The translations under genes were made by a program, and so were the position numbers. 64,000 nt of DNA from Thermodesulfovibrionales bacterium. Lineage in GTDB: Bacteria; Nitrospirota; Thermodesulfovibrionia; Thermodesulfovibrionales; SM23-35. Shown one piece after another: positions 19,892 to 30,047 of this stretch. Where the stretch lies: assembly GCA_963715195.1 (NCBI GenBank), contig CAVQRT010000031.1:1-64000 (forward strand), read 5' to 3'. The notes beneath the pieces are model-generated. The model had not been told where the DNA came from, did no database searches, and saw nothing but the letters and a program-made list of their open reading frames with translations. How positions within the stretch are numbered: position 1 is the stretch's first letter; each line of letters starts with the position of its first letter.

Positions 19892-21420
19892 TACGCCTCC
19901 TGTGTGACCCTGAGTACCTCACTCAGAGTGGTTACGCCGGCCTTTATCTTTTCAGCGCCATCCTCGAGAAGGGTCTTCATGCCGATACTGCTTTGGCTGT
20001 AGCCCTTATCTGATTGGCGTCTGCAGTTCTTTAAGATGAGCTTTCGGATTTCATCGTCGACAACGAGCAGTTCAAAGATTCCTGACCTTCCATAATATCC
20101 TGTGGATGCACATTGTTCACAGCCTCTGCCATGGTACAATGCGTGCAGTCTCGTCAATACCGAAAAGCCGGAGCTCTTCTCTGTCAGATAAAGTAGTATC
20201 TTTCTCCTTGCAGGCCGGGCAGATGATTCTTACGAGCCTCTGCGCAAGGATCCCACGGATTGTCGATGAAAGCAAGAAAGTTCTCAACGCCCATGTCAAG
20301 GAGCCTTGTTAGCGCGCTCGGCGCGTCATTCGTATGTAATGTCGAAAAGACAAGATGACCGGTGAGGGCTGACTGGATCGCGATCTCTGCCGTTTCGAGA
20401 TCCCTGATCTCACCGATCATGATGATGTCAGGATCCTGTCTGACGATGTGTCTCAGCGTGTTCGCAAAGTTCAGGCCGATCTGTGGTTGGACCTGTATCT
20501 GATTAACGCCTTTCAACTGATATTCGACCGGGTCTTCGACGGTTATGATCTTTTTGTCAGGGGAATTGATCTTATCCAGTGCTCCGTAAAGCGTTGTCGT
20601 TTTCCCGCTTCCCGTCGGGCCGGTAACAAGGAAAATGCCGTTCGGTTTCGTGATTAGTTGATTGAACGACTGGAGGGTTTGCTGGTCCAAAGCCCAGGAC
20701 TTCAAGGTCTATGACGATGCCTTCTTTCCGGAGTATCCTCATCACAACGCTCTCCCCGTAAAGAACCGGGATGGTCGACACCCTGAGGTCCAGTTCACTT
20801 TCTCCGACTCTCAGCCTGATACGACCGTCCTGCGGCAATCTCCTCTCGGCAATATTCAGTTTTGCCATGATTTTTATTCTCGACACGATTGCAGCCTGGA
20901 GTCTTTTAGGGGTTGATTCTATATCATGCAGTACACCGTCGATGCGGTACCGTACCTTCATTTCATCCTCAAAGGGTTCAACATGGATATCACTCGCCCT
21001 GCTCTCGACTGCACGTGTTATGAACATATTCACGAGCCGTATGATCGGAGCCTCAGATGCGAGGTCTTTCAGATGTCCAATGTCTTCTTCCTCTTCCCTC
21101 AGGAACTCGATGCCCTTCTCACCGAGATCCTCGATTATCCTGTTGATATTCTGTGTCTCCTGTTCGTAGAATCGTGAAATATATTCTTCGATGACCTTGC
21201 TGTCACAGGAATAAACCACAATGTCGGCAGATGTTGCTACCCTGAGCGCATCAATAGCCATAAGGTCTTCAGGATCTTCCATGACGACTTTCAGAACGTT
21301 ATTTTTCATCTCAAGCGGGATGATTTTATTCTCACGGATAAAGCGTGATGAGATGCCGTTGAGGACAAAGGGGACCTTTGGCAGGTCCTCTGGTTGAAGA
21401 TATTCTACGTTGGTTATCAC
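19891..21420 (-). CDS. gspE: T2SS ATPase E, frameshifted
   Basis: [57 protein letters not shown]; split over several frames. Confidence 0.93.
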
Positions 21421-21506
21421 GTCAGGCCTTCATAAAATTATACCATATACAGCATATGGTGAATGAAATTGATGCTGTGGGCCTGTCTGAATGTATTATT
21501 GTCGTT

Positions 21507-21581
21507 GTCATTCCGGCTTGGCCGGAATCTTTCCTGCTTTTTGCAGAAGGATTCCCGACGCGTTTCACTTGCGGGAATGAC
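21507..21581. repeat. Palindromic element family A (opposite orientation)
   Basis: gtcattccggcttggccggaatct ... ggattcccg..cgggaatgac. Confidence 0.85.
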
Positions 21582-21638
21582 AGCCTAATAGGTTGAACAT
21601 AGGAACAGAGATCTTTATGCATAGCTAATTTTATGATT

Positions 21639-21726
21639 AATCTCCCCCAGCCCCTCTTTATAAAAGAGGGGAATTTTTTCCCACAGAATACATCCCCTTT
21701 TCCGAAAGAGGAATTTGAGGGGGATT
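21639..21726. repeat. Palindromic element family B (CCCCTCTTT-n-AAAGAGGGG)
   Basis: aatctcccccag-cccctcttt-ata-aaagagggg ... cccttttccgaaagagg..gagggggatt; related copy at 29872. Confidence 0.75.
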
Positions 21727-21774
21727 ACCGGCAATAAATTTCCCGTGTCTTGATTTTTGGAATTGGTTATTCCC

Positions 21775-23220
21775 TTAATATGCCCCTTCGGTTTTGAGCA
21801 CAACCCTGATCGTCTTGAACAGGATCGCTATGTCAAGCCATAAAGACCAGTTCATGACGTACCAGATGTCCAGCTTCATTCGGTACCTGTAGCCGGTATC
21901 GCTTCTTCCGGAAACCTGCCAGAGGCCCGTAATTCCGGGTTTCGCGCTGCCGATGACCTTTGAGTTCTCGCTGATTTCGGGGATTTCCCTCGGCAGATAG
22001 GGCCTTGGCCCCACCAGGCTCATCTCCCCCTTTAAGACATTGAATATCTGGGGGAGTTCATCGAGCGAGCTTTTTCTCAAAAAACGTCCCACGTTTGTCA
22101 CTCTCGGATCATCCCTGAGCTTCCAGGTTGTTTCCCACTCATTGCGGAGCATCGCGTCGCTTTCCAGCATCTCCTTCAGTTTGTCCTCGGCATCCCTGTG
22201 CATCGTCCTGAACTTAAAGCACTTGAAAGGCTTGCCCTGTCTGCCAATCCTGTCATGGGCATAGATCGAAGCACCCTGCGACTCAGCCCGGATCATGATC
22301 CCGATAACACCGATAACGGGCAGGATGAATGGCAGCGAAAGAATGCTGAGGGTAAGATCAAACAATCGTTTCACAAATCTGTTGGTGAATGATTTCAGGT
22401 TATTCCGTATGTGAATCAGGAATATTTCTTCAAGGAACAGATGAAAGAGGTCTGTGTTGAGGAGGGCAATTCCTTTGAGGTCAGGGATGAGCATGGTGTT
22501 CGCAGCATAATTCTGAACGTCGGCCGTGAGTGCCGAGAGCTTATCAGGCGGAAGGGACGGGATGGCGATGATGACTGTTTTGATCCCGAAAATACGGATA
22601 AACCGGGGATACTCCGCCACTGTTCCCAGGACTTTTTTGCCGTGAATGCCGGTGCCGAATTTCCCGGCGTCATCATCAAGAAACCCAATAATGTCATAGC
22701 CCATATGCTTCTCCCTCTGCAACCCTTCCAGGGCAAGTCTACCGGCGTTCCCTGCCCCGATTATCAGCACCTTTTTTTTGCGTATGCCCGCGATAAAAAG
22801 AAATTTTTTGCCCCAGAGACGAAAAACGGAAAACAGAAAGAGAGAGCTGCCCCATAAGCCAAGGAGTACAATGCGGGACACGATATCTCCCATCTTTCCC
22901 AATGTAACGATAGCCAGCAGGGTGATGGTTGCCAGAGATACTGATTTGACAAGGACCCTTGCCTCATCCCAGAATGGCAGATTACTGTCATAAAGGCCTT
23001 CATAGAATATGAAGAAAAGAAAGACTGCGGGTATCCACCACATGGACAGGAAATGCATTACGGAGAATACGAAGACGGGGAGCCCCGGTATGACCGCAGG
23101 GAGAAGTTCTGAACGGAGAAGAAGGGCGATAAGGAGAGACAGGTAAAATGCGCCGAGATCCAAGGCCAGAAGACAGCAGATTTCGAGTATCCTTCTCATA
23201 AACTGGGCAGCTTCTCTCAC
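21775..23220 (-). CDS. wbaP: Undecaprenyl-phosphate hexose-1-phosphate transferase (WbaP family)
   Basis: 4 TM + CoA-binding-like domain + KRLFD, FKFRTM, DDPRVT.VGRFLRKSSLDELPQ, KPGITGLWQVSGR. Confidence 0.93.
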   Translation of the reverse strand: MREAAQFMRRILEICCLLALDLGAFYLSLLIALLLRSELLPAVIPGLPVFVFSVMHFLSMWWIPAVFLFFIFYEGLYDSNLPFWDEARVLVKSVSLATITLLAIVTLGKMGDIVSRIVLLGLWGSSLFLFSVFRLWGKKFLFIAGIRKKKVLIIGAGNAGRLALEGLQREKHMGYDIIGFLDDDAGKFGTGIHGKKVLGTVAEYPRFIRIFGIKTVIIAIPSLPPDKLSALTADVQNYAANTMLIPDLKGIALLNTDLFHLFLEEIFLIHIRNNLKSFTNRFVKRLFDLTLSILSLPFILPVIGVIGIMIRAESQGASIYAHDRIGRQGKPFKCFKFRTMHRDAEDKLKEMLESDAMLRNEWETTWKLRDDPRVTNVGRFLRKSSLDELPQIFNVLKGEMSLVGPRPYLPREIPEISENSKVIGSAKPGITGLWQVSGRSDTGYRYRMKLDIWYVMNWSLWLDIAILFKTIRVVLKTEGAY

Positions 23221-24068
23221 CCTGTCACCAGGCCCATCCTGAATCCGGTATATTTCGCGAGGGACTCGAAAAAAATATAGGGGATCAGGTGGAATTTATG
23301 CTCCTGAACGACAAAGGCAATCTGCTCCCGGATAAATTTCATGCCTTCGCCTTCTGCGCGCGTATAGTCGAGAATCCACCTGTTTCTTCTGATTGATGAG
23401 CCGATATTGTAATAGCGCCGATACTGCCGCGCAAGGGAGTAATTATGAGAGTGGATTACCATCGCCTCAGGCACATATGCAACCTTGTACCCTTTTGTAA
23501 TGTATTTGGCGGTAATAACCATATCCTCGTTTGCCCTGACAGTCTCGGGGAACATACCAACTTCGACGAAACACTCTTTCTTCATGGATGAACAGACATT
23601 ACTGGAAAAAAATGTCTTGATGCCCAATTGCCGGAGGTCGTTCATGCTTTTAACAGAGGCATTCTCCGGATAATTAAAATGCCGTGTGAATACTTCAAGA
23701 AGCGGGGCGTCCGGCCGGGGGATCTGGCGTGCGTATGTGGCAGCGATATCAAACTCATGCAAGGGAGCCGTAAGAGAGCGCAGGAGGTTGTTGTTCACAG
23801 GCAGCGCATCCTGTGTCATGAAAACCAGGATATCCCCTTCTGCTGCCAAAGCGGCCTGATTGCGTGTTCTGCCATGGTTGAATGTGTTCCGCGGGATTAC
23901 CATTGTTTTCACCCCGAATTTTTCTGCAATCTGAGCGGTGGTATCCTCAGACGATGAGTCGATAACAATGATTTCAGCGGGTTGCAGGTCCTGTGACAAC
24001 AGGCCTGAAAGCAATCGGTCGATGAAGCGGCCTGCATTCAGGGTTGGTATAATTACAGAAATATTCAC
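23217..24068 (-). CDS. GT2 glycosyltransferase (rhamnosyltransferase-like)
   Basis: SVIIPTLNA, IDSSSED, FNHGRTRN, FMTQDA, VIHSHNY. Confidence 0.88.
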   Translation of the reverse strand: MNISVIIPTLNAGRFIDRLLSGLLSQDLQPAEIIVIDSSSEDTTAQIAEKFGVKTMVIPRNTFNHGRTRNQAALAAEGDILVFMTQDALPVNNNLLRSLTAPLHEFDIAATYARQIPRPDAPLLEVFTRHFNYPENASVKSMNDLRQLGIKTFFSSNVCSSMKKECFVEVGMFPETVRANEDMVITAKYITKGYKVAYVPEAMVIHSHNYSLARQYRRYYNIGSSIRRNRWILDYTRAEGEGMKFIREQIAFVVQEHKFHLIPYIFFESLAKYTGFRMGLVTG

Positions 24069-24202
24069 CGCATCCTATTGTATCATAGACAACGGGGAGG
24101 GGCGGAACGGTAGAATCGAGTGCTTGGATATGAACATGGGGGGCCTGCTACAGATATTCGAACACTCGCAAGGTAATTTAAGGTAAAATAAAAAAGTTTT
24201 TT

Positions 24203-24679
24203 ATGAAGAAAGAGAGCGAGAAACCATCGGTGGAAATTTTTGCCGATGGCGCATGCAGCGGCAATCCCGGTGTGGGTGGGTATGGTGTTCTTCTCCGTTC
24301 AGGAGTCCGCGAACGGGAACTTTCCGGCTGTGCACCGGCAACGACCAATAACCGCATGGAACTGACAGCGGTTATCAAGGGCCTGGAGGCCCTCAAAAAG
24401 CCATGTACCGTCAAAGTAGTCACGGATTCTCATTATGTAGTTCAGGGTATGACATCATGGATTTATCAATGGCTCAGGAACCAATGGAAAAACAGCCAAA
24501 AACAACCGGTCGTAAACAAAGATCTCTGGGAAAAACTCCTGCGTTTTTCGGGTATGCATGACATCCGGTGGATGTGGATCAAAGGGCATAATAAACATGC
24601 TGAGAATGAGCGCTGTGACAAACTGGCGCGGCTCGCGATCAGGAAATGCAAAGAGAAAGCCGCGCAGAGTGCGGTATGA
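24203..24679 (+). CDS. rnhA: Ribonuclease HI
   Basis: [37 protein letters not shown]. Confidence 0.97.
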   Translation: MKKESEKPSVEIFADGACSGNPGVGGYGVLLRSGVRERELSGCAPATTNNRMELTAVIKGLEALKKPCTVKVVTDSHYVVQGMTSWIYQWLRNQWKNSQKQPVVNKDLWEKLLRFSGMHDIRWMWIKGHNKHAENERCDKLARLAIRKCKEKAAQSAV

Positions 24680-25236
24680 ATAATATCGATATCGGGAACT
24701 TGACCAATACGTTCCTGATTGCAGTACCCGGCCTCAGGGACCCGAGTTTCGCACGTTCAGTTGTCCTGATTTGTGACCATTCAAAAGACGGTGCATTCGG
24801 ACTTGTCATTAACCGTCTCCTGCTGAGCAGTTTTATCCCCCTAAGCAGCAGTTTCGACATCAAGGAATGCAAAATAGATATACCGGTATATTATGGCGGA
24901 CCGGTCAAACCTGAACAAGGATATGTACTCTTTGCATCACGGCATGATTACTATCCGTCAATAAAGATTCACGATAACCTCATTCTGACGACAGCAAAGG
25001 AGATTCTGACAGATATTTCGATCGGAAAAGGACCGGAAAAATTTCTCTTTATACTCGGTTTTTCCGGATGGGCCCCGGGACAACTCGAACGTGAATTAAT
25101 GGAAGACAGCTGGCTCATTGCTCCTTCGGACAACCGGATCATTTTCGATACGCCGGTGAACGAACGCTGGACGGCAACCGCTGACCTTATCGGTGTTGAT
25201 CTGAAACGGGTCATCTGCAGGCGGGGTTCTGTATAA
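24676..25236 (+). CDS. YqgE/AlgH family protein (DUF179)
   Basis: [43 protein letters not shown] overlap with rnhA. Confidence 0.93.
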   Translation: MNNIDIGNLTNTFLIAVPGLRDPSFARSVVLICDHSKDGAFGLVINRLLLSSFIPLSSSFDIKECKIDIPVYYGGPVKPEQGYVLFASRHDYYPSIKIHDNLILTTAKEILTDISIGKGPEKFLFILGFSGWAPGQLERELMEDSWLIAPSDNRIIFDTPVNERWTATADLIGVDLKRVICRRGSV

Positions 25237-25238
25237 AG

Positions 25239-25268
25239 TTGACAATTATCTCTTGTTTTTATTATCTT
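25239..25268 (+). promoter_or_regulatory. Putative rplM-rpsI promoter
   Basis: TTGACA-18 bp-TATCTT upstream of rplM. Confidence 0.6.
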
Positions 25269-25302
25269 ATAAAGCTTTAAAAAATGTGAGGAAGGTGCGA
25301 AC

Positions 25303-25743
25303 ATGAGGACTCTTTTTGCCAAAAAAGGCGAAATACAGAAAAAATGGTATCTTGTTGATGCGAACAACGTGGTTCTTGGCAGGCTTGCAGTCACTGTAGC
25401 TGATCACCTGCTCGGGAAGCACAAGCCGGTATATACCCCAAATGTTGATACGGGTGATTTTATTGTCGTGATAAATGCTGAGAAGATTAAACTGACCGGC
25501 AGGAAACTCGACAATAAGATGTATTACCGGCACTCAGGGTATCCCGGCGGCATAAAATCTGAAACCGCGCGTGAGCGTCTTTCCAAGTTTCCTGAAAAAG
25601 TTATTACGGCTGCAGTATGGGGCATGCTTCCGAAGGGAAGGCTGGGGAGAGCAATGATAAAAAAATTAAAAGTTTACAAGGGAGATGACCACCCCCATCA
25701 GGCACAGAAGCCGGAAGTCCTGACTGTTGGACGGAATGGGTAA
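25303..25743 (+). CDS. rplM: 50S ribosomal protein L13
   Basis: [38 protein letters not shown]. Confidence 0.99.
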   Translation: MRTLFAKKGEIQKKWYLVDANNVVLGRLAVTVADHLLGKHKPVYTPNVDTGDFIVVINAEKIKLTGRKLDNKMYYRHSGYPGGIKSETARERLSKFPEKVITAAVWGMLPKGRLGRAMIKKLKVYKGDDHPHQAQKPEVLTVGRNG

Positions 25744-25766
25744 TTATGAGTATAAAGGAGTAATGC

Positions 25767-26159
25767 ATGGCAGACATTCAGTATAATGCGACAGGTCGGA
25801 GGAAAACATCCGTAGCACGGGTAACACTGGCACCCGGGAGCGGCGAGATAATTATCAATGGCAAGCCGGCAGATACCTATTTCCCGAGGGAAACATTACG
25901 CATGGTTATCCGTCAGCCGATTGACCTTGCCGGCATCACCGGGAAATACGATGTGCGGGCTAAAGTTGCCGGCGGCGGGCTCTCCGGCCAGGCGGGAGCA
26001 GTCAGGCACGGAATCGCCAGGGCGATTGTGGATATGAACAGTGATCTCAGGGTGCGGCTGAAAAAAGAAGGGTTTCTGACGCGGGACCCGCGGGAAAAAG
26101 AGCGAAAGAAATACGGACAGAAGGGCGCCCGCAAGAGATTCCAGTTCTCAAAGAGATAA
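25767..26159 (+). CDS. rpsI: 30S ribosomal protein S9
   Basis: [38 protein letters not shown]. Confidence 0.99.
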   Translation: MADIQYNATGRRKTSVARVTLAPGSGEIIINGKPADTYFPRETLRMVIRQPIDLAGITGKYDVRAKVAGGGLSGQAGAVRHGIARAIVDMNSDLRVRLKKEGFLTRDPREKERKKYGQKGARKRFQFSKR

Positions 26160-26171
26160 GTTAAAAAACAA

Positions 26172-26349
26172 TAGGTAGTAGATACTAGACAGTAGACCGG
26201 CAAACAAGTCGATCTGTCATTCCCGCTTGTCGGGAACCCATCTGAAGTAATGGTTTATATAGAGAATTATCGTAAAGCAAAGAAAGATTCCGGCAGGCTC
26301 GGAATGACGATTATCATATCCCTGTCTAATACCTGCTATCTGCTGCCTA
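26172..26349. repeat. Family A element (26216-26308) flanked by inverted heptamer arrays
   Basis: taggtag tagatac tagacag tagac ... gtcattcccgcttgtcggg ... ggaatgac ... ctgtcta atacctg ctatctg ctgccta. Confidence 0.8.
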
Positions 26350-26363
26350 CTGTTTCTTGATCG

Positions 26364-27404
26364 ATGCTTCGTGTTTTTATATGCGGCGGGAGTGGTTACA
26401 CAGGCGGTGAGCTGCTCCGGATTCTCTCACAACATCCGAACGCGGTTGTAACCGGGGTCACTTCCCAGAAATCCGCAGGCAAATCTGTCACTGAGCTTTT
26501 CCCTCACCTGAGGAAGTACGCAAATCTTGTGTATGAACCCCTCCAGAAAGAATCGATCCTGAAAAAGGCTGACTTGTTTTTTATGGCTCTGCCGCACGGT
26601 GAGTCCCAAACCGCTGTTGACTATTTCTTCCGGCAGGGCAAAATGGTCATCGATCTGTCGGCTGACTACAGACTCAGGGATGCAGGGGTTTATGAACGCT
26701 GGTACAAAGTACCCCATGCTTTTCAGGCAACACTGAAGAAGGCTGTGTATGGTATGCCGGAGATTTACCGGAACAAAATAAAAAAGTCACGGCTGATTGC
26801 CAACCCGGGTTGCTATCCCACGGGTGCCGTCCTGGGTCTTCTTCCCGCAATAAAAAACAGATTAATCGATTTGTCCTTTCTTGTCATCGACGCAAAATCA
26901 GGCACGAGCGGTGCAGGGAGAAAGGCAGATATTTCGGTTGCTTTCTGTGAAGTAAATGAAGGCTTCAAGGCATACGCAGTTGGCACACACCGGCATATAC
27001 CCGAAATCGAACAGGAACTTTCCCTGCTGGCCGGAAAAGATCTAATCGTCAATTTTACTCCGCATTTATTGCCGGTTGACCGGGGCATTCTGACAACGAT
27101 GTATGCACGTCTCGGAAAAAAGACCGGTGCCGAAGCAGTTGAGAAAATATACCGTGATACCTTTAAGGGAGAACCTTTTGTCAGGATACTGCCGTATGGG
27201 CTGTATCCGAACATCAAAAATATAAAGGGAACGAATTACTGTGATATCGGACTGAAGCTGAATGAGCGGACGGATACCCTTATCGTAGTTACGGCAATCG
27301 ATAATCTTGTAAAAGGTGCTTCAGGACAGGCCGTGCAGGATATGAATATCATGCTCGGCTTTGATGAGAAACTATCGCTTGATACCCTTGCAGTGTATCC
27401 GTAA
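26364..27404 (+). CDS. argC: N-acetyl-gamma-glutamyl-phosphate reductase
   Basis: GGSGYTG.ELLR, IANPGCYPT, SGTSGAGR, DNLVKGASGQA. Confidence 0.98.
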   Translation: MLRVFICGGSGYTGGELLRILSQHPNAVVTGVTSQKSAGKSVTELFPHLRKYANLVYEPLQKESILKKADLFFMALPHGESQTAVDYFFRQGKMVIDLSADYRLRDAGVYERWYKVPHAFQATLKKAVYGMPEIYRNKIKKSRLIANPGCYPTGAVLGLLPAIKNRLIDLSFLVIDAKSGTSGAGRKADISVAFCEVNEGFKAYAVGTHRHIPEIEQELSLLAGKDLIVNFTPHLLPVDRGILTTMYARLGKKTGAEAVEKIYRDTFKGEPFVRILPYGLYPNIKNIKGTNYCDIGLKLNERTDTLIVVTAIDNLVKGASGQAVQDMNIMLGFDEKLSLDTLAVYP

Positions 27405-27407
27405 GAA

Positions 27408-28583
27408 ATGATTCCAAAGGGCTTTTTATTTTCGGCGGTTGAAGCAGCGATCAAGAAACCGGGCAGGAAAGACCTCGCGCTTATCTACTCTCAGACAGAA
27501 GCCAATATGGCAGGTGCCTTCACAACCAACCGGGTTAAGGCTGCTCCGGTGCTTGTCGATATGCGAAAAATTAGAGCTGGCAGAGGTCAGGCGATCATTA
27601 TCAACAGCGGGAATGCAAACGCCTGTACCGGAAAAACAGGGTTGAGGGACGCCGCAGACATGACGGAGCTTGCAGCTCGAGGTCTCAACCTGAAATCTTC
27701 ACGCGTTTACGTCAGTTCAACCGGTGTCATCGGTAACCCGATGCCTATGGACCGGATTCGATTCAGGATAAACGATTTGACTGCCGGACTGGGAAAATGT
27801 TCGATCCACGACGTTGCAGCTGCAATAATGACTACTGATACATTCCCGAAGGTCATTGCGAAAACAGTGAAAATCAACGGGGAAACCGGTGTTGTCGCCG
27901 GCATCTGCAAGGGCGCCGGAATGATCTGTCCCCGAATGGCAACCATGCTCTGCTTTCTCATGACTGACATCGCAGTTGACCGGCAGACACTGGGCACAGC
28001 ATTGCGTGATGCTGTCAGACGGTCGTTTAACAGAATCACGGTAGATGGAGATATGTCGACCAACGACACGGTTCTCGTCATGGCAAACGGAATGCTCGAA
28101 AATCCTCTGATTTCCGAAAAAAGCCGTTCAAACATGATCTTCCGGAGCGCACTCTCTGACGTAACCTTCGAACTTTCAAAGCTCGTTGTCCGGGACGGTG
28201 AAGGAGCAACGAAACTTATTGAAATCGAAGTCAGGGGAGCACGGAGTGAATCAGAAGCTGAAAAGGCCGCTTTTTCAGTCGCAAACTCAAATCTGGTCAA
28301 GACGGCAATGCACGGGGGTGATGCAAACTGGGGCCGGATTATGGCTGCGCTCGGTTATTCGGGCATCAGCTTCTCTGAAGAAAAAGTTGATATCTCTTTT
28401 GGCAAAACAAAGGTGGCGCGTAAGGGTCTATCCAACAATATGGATAAAGAAGCAGGCAAGGTTCTCAGGGGGAAGGAGGTCCGGATCATCATAGATCTGC
28501 ATGCCGGGAAGTCATCTGCGAGAGTCTTGACCTGTGACCTGACCGAAGAATATATACGAGTAAATGCTGCCTACAGAACCTGA
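27408..28583 (+). CDS. argJ: Ornithine acetyltransferase / N-acetylglutamate synthase
   Basis: NSGNANAC, STGVIG, KGAGMI.P.MATML, DGEGATK, NWGRI. Confidence 0.98.
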   Translation: MIPKGFLFSAVEAAIKKPGRKDLALIYSQTEANMAGAFTTNRVKAAPVLVDMRKIRAGRGQAIIINSGNANACTGKTGLRDAADMTELAARGLNLKSSRVYVSSTGVIGNPMPMDRIRFRINDLTAGLGKCSIHDVAAAIMTTDTFPKVIAKTVKINGETGVVAGICKGAGMICPRMATMLCFLMTDIAVDRQTLGTALRDAVRRSFNRITVDGDMSTNDTVLVMANGMLENPLISEKSRSNMIFRSALSDVTFELSKLVVRDGEGATKLIEIEVRGARSESEAEKAAFSVANSNLVKTAMHGGDANWGRIMAALGYSGISFSEEKVDISFGKTKVARKGLSNNMDKEAGKVLRGKEVRIIIDLHAGKSSARVLTCDLTEEYIRVNAAYRT

Positions 28584-28660
28584 TCTTATCAGGCGAAATT
28601 CTTCTTGACAATCAGCCTGAGGCAATGGTATTAATTAACAAATGCCTCGTTATCTCCCCT

Positions 28661-28695
28661 AATGCTGCTGCCCAACTCCCACGGGCAGCAGCATT
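28661..28695. terminator. Perfect 13-bp hairpin between convergent genes (probable terminator)
   Basis: aatgctgctgccc-aactcccac-gggcagcagcatt; no long U tract. Confidence 0.6.
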
Positions 28696-28702
28696 CAAAT
28701 GT

Positions 28703-29824
28703 TCAGGCTGCTTCGATCAATTCGTAATTTCTGCTTCCCAGTCCAAGCCGTTCTGATTCTTCGATCTGGATCTGGTAAGGCTTTTCACTGAGTTTCAGCA
28801 GAATATCATCACCCGGAACGATGTTTTTCTCTTCGATGACCGATTGCGGCAGCGGAGGAGCTTTCAGGAGGAGATCGACGCTTGCCTGTTCGATTGCGAC
28901 AATATCATCGGATATCATGATCCCCTGATCCTGCATAACGGGCACATCGGCAACCGGCATACAGTCGCATTCGGGCTGTATTTCTGTCAGAAAGTTTATA
29001 TAGATGACCTTGTTCTTTTTAAAAGTGCTCAGGACCGCCTTTGCTGCCTCCGCAAGTGAACGCATAAACCGCTCATCGTTTTTTGGAAGTGAAATCCCGC
29101 CGGACTGGCAGACACGTTCGCACCTGCCGCACCTCCAGCACTCGTTGCTGTCCCATTGCAGTTCGTCGCCCACGAATTTGATAACATCAAGCGGGCAGAT
29201 TTCCATGCACTGATAGCAGAGGTCGCATTTCTCTTTATCCCAGGAGAGCACGCCCTCACCGAACGTATGCATGGCACCCCTTCCGCATTTCCAGCCGCAG
29301 GTCCTGTGGCTCGAGCTCACACCTCCCATTGCAACATTCTTGATAGCCCCGCCGTATCCTGCCTGAATATGTCCTTTCACGTGGGAGCATACGACCATTG
29401 CAGGTACGTCATGGATAACACTCGCGACGGCAACTTCACCCAGTATTTCTCCCGCCTTTACCATAAGATTGTCATGCCCGTAAAGTCCGTCAGCAAGGAC
29501 GACCGGAGCCCCGACCGACAGGTGGTTGATACCGTTCTGATTTGCCACTTCAAGATAATCAAGGCCTTTGATTCTCACAGTATCCGTAACAAAAGGTTTT
29601 GCGCCTATTCCGGACAGTGCATCAACGACCTTCCGGAGGAAAATCGGCCGCACGATTCTATGAGCGCCTTCTGAGCCCAAGTGTGTCTTGACCGCGATCC
29701 ATTCTCCCTGTTTAAAATAATTCGATACCCCAAACTTTTTGAGAAGGGTTTCGAGTTTACCGGGCATGCTGTCATCGTATTTCCATTTTTTGGCCCTTGC
29801 CGTTGCATAATATACCTTGGACAT
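28703..29824 (-). CDS. DUF362 domain protein with 2x[4Fe-4S] ferredoxin module
   Basis: VKTHLG, SHVKGH..GGAIKN, CDLCYQCMEICP, CWRCGRCERVC, PECDC. Confidence 0.9.
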   Translation of the reverse strand: MSKVYYATARAKKWKYDDSMPGKLETLLKKFGVSNYFKQGEWIAVKTHLGSEGAHRIVRPIFLRKVVDALSGIGAKPFVTDTVRIKGLDYLEVANQNGINHLSVGAPVVLADGLYGHDNLMVKAGEILGEVAVASVIHDVPAMVVCSHVKGHIQAGYGGAIKNVAMGGVSSSHRTCGWKCGRGAMHTFGEGVLSWDKEKCDLCYQCMEICPLDVIKFVGDELQWDSNECWRCGRCERVCQSGGISLPKNDERFMRSLAEAAKAVLSTFKKNKVIYINFLTEIQPECDCMPVADVPVMQDQGIMISDDIVAIEQASVDLLLKAPPLPQSVIEEKNIVPGDDILLKLSEKPYQIQIEESERLGLGSRNYELIEAA

Positions 29825-29871
29825 ACCTGACCTCCTTCACATTATTCAAAATGCTGGTTTTAATATTAAAG

Positions 29872-29943
29872 AATCCCACCCAACCTCCCGTTGCTAAGGG
29901 GGGGATAGTCCCCTCTTTGGTAATGAGAGGTTAGGGAAGATTT
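29872..29943. repeat. Palindromic element family B (degenerate)
   Basis: aatcccacccaacctcccgttgctaagggggg ... cccctctttggtaatgagaggttagggaagattt. Confidence 0.65.
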
Positions 29944-30047
29944 TTTGATGAATATTTCTCCGATTATCAGTCTTATTATATCAATTCAGGGTTTCAATTG
30001 AGCTTCATATCTTTGTACAATGAAGAAAAATAGGCAGGAGGAAAAAC

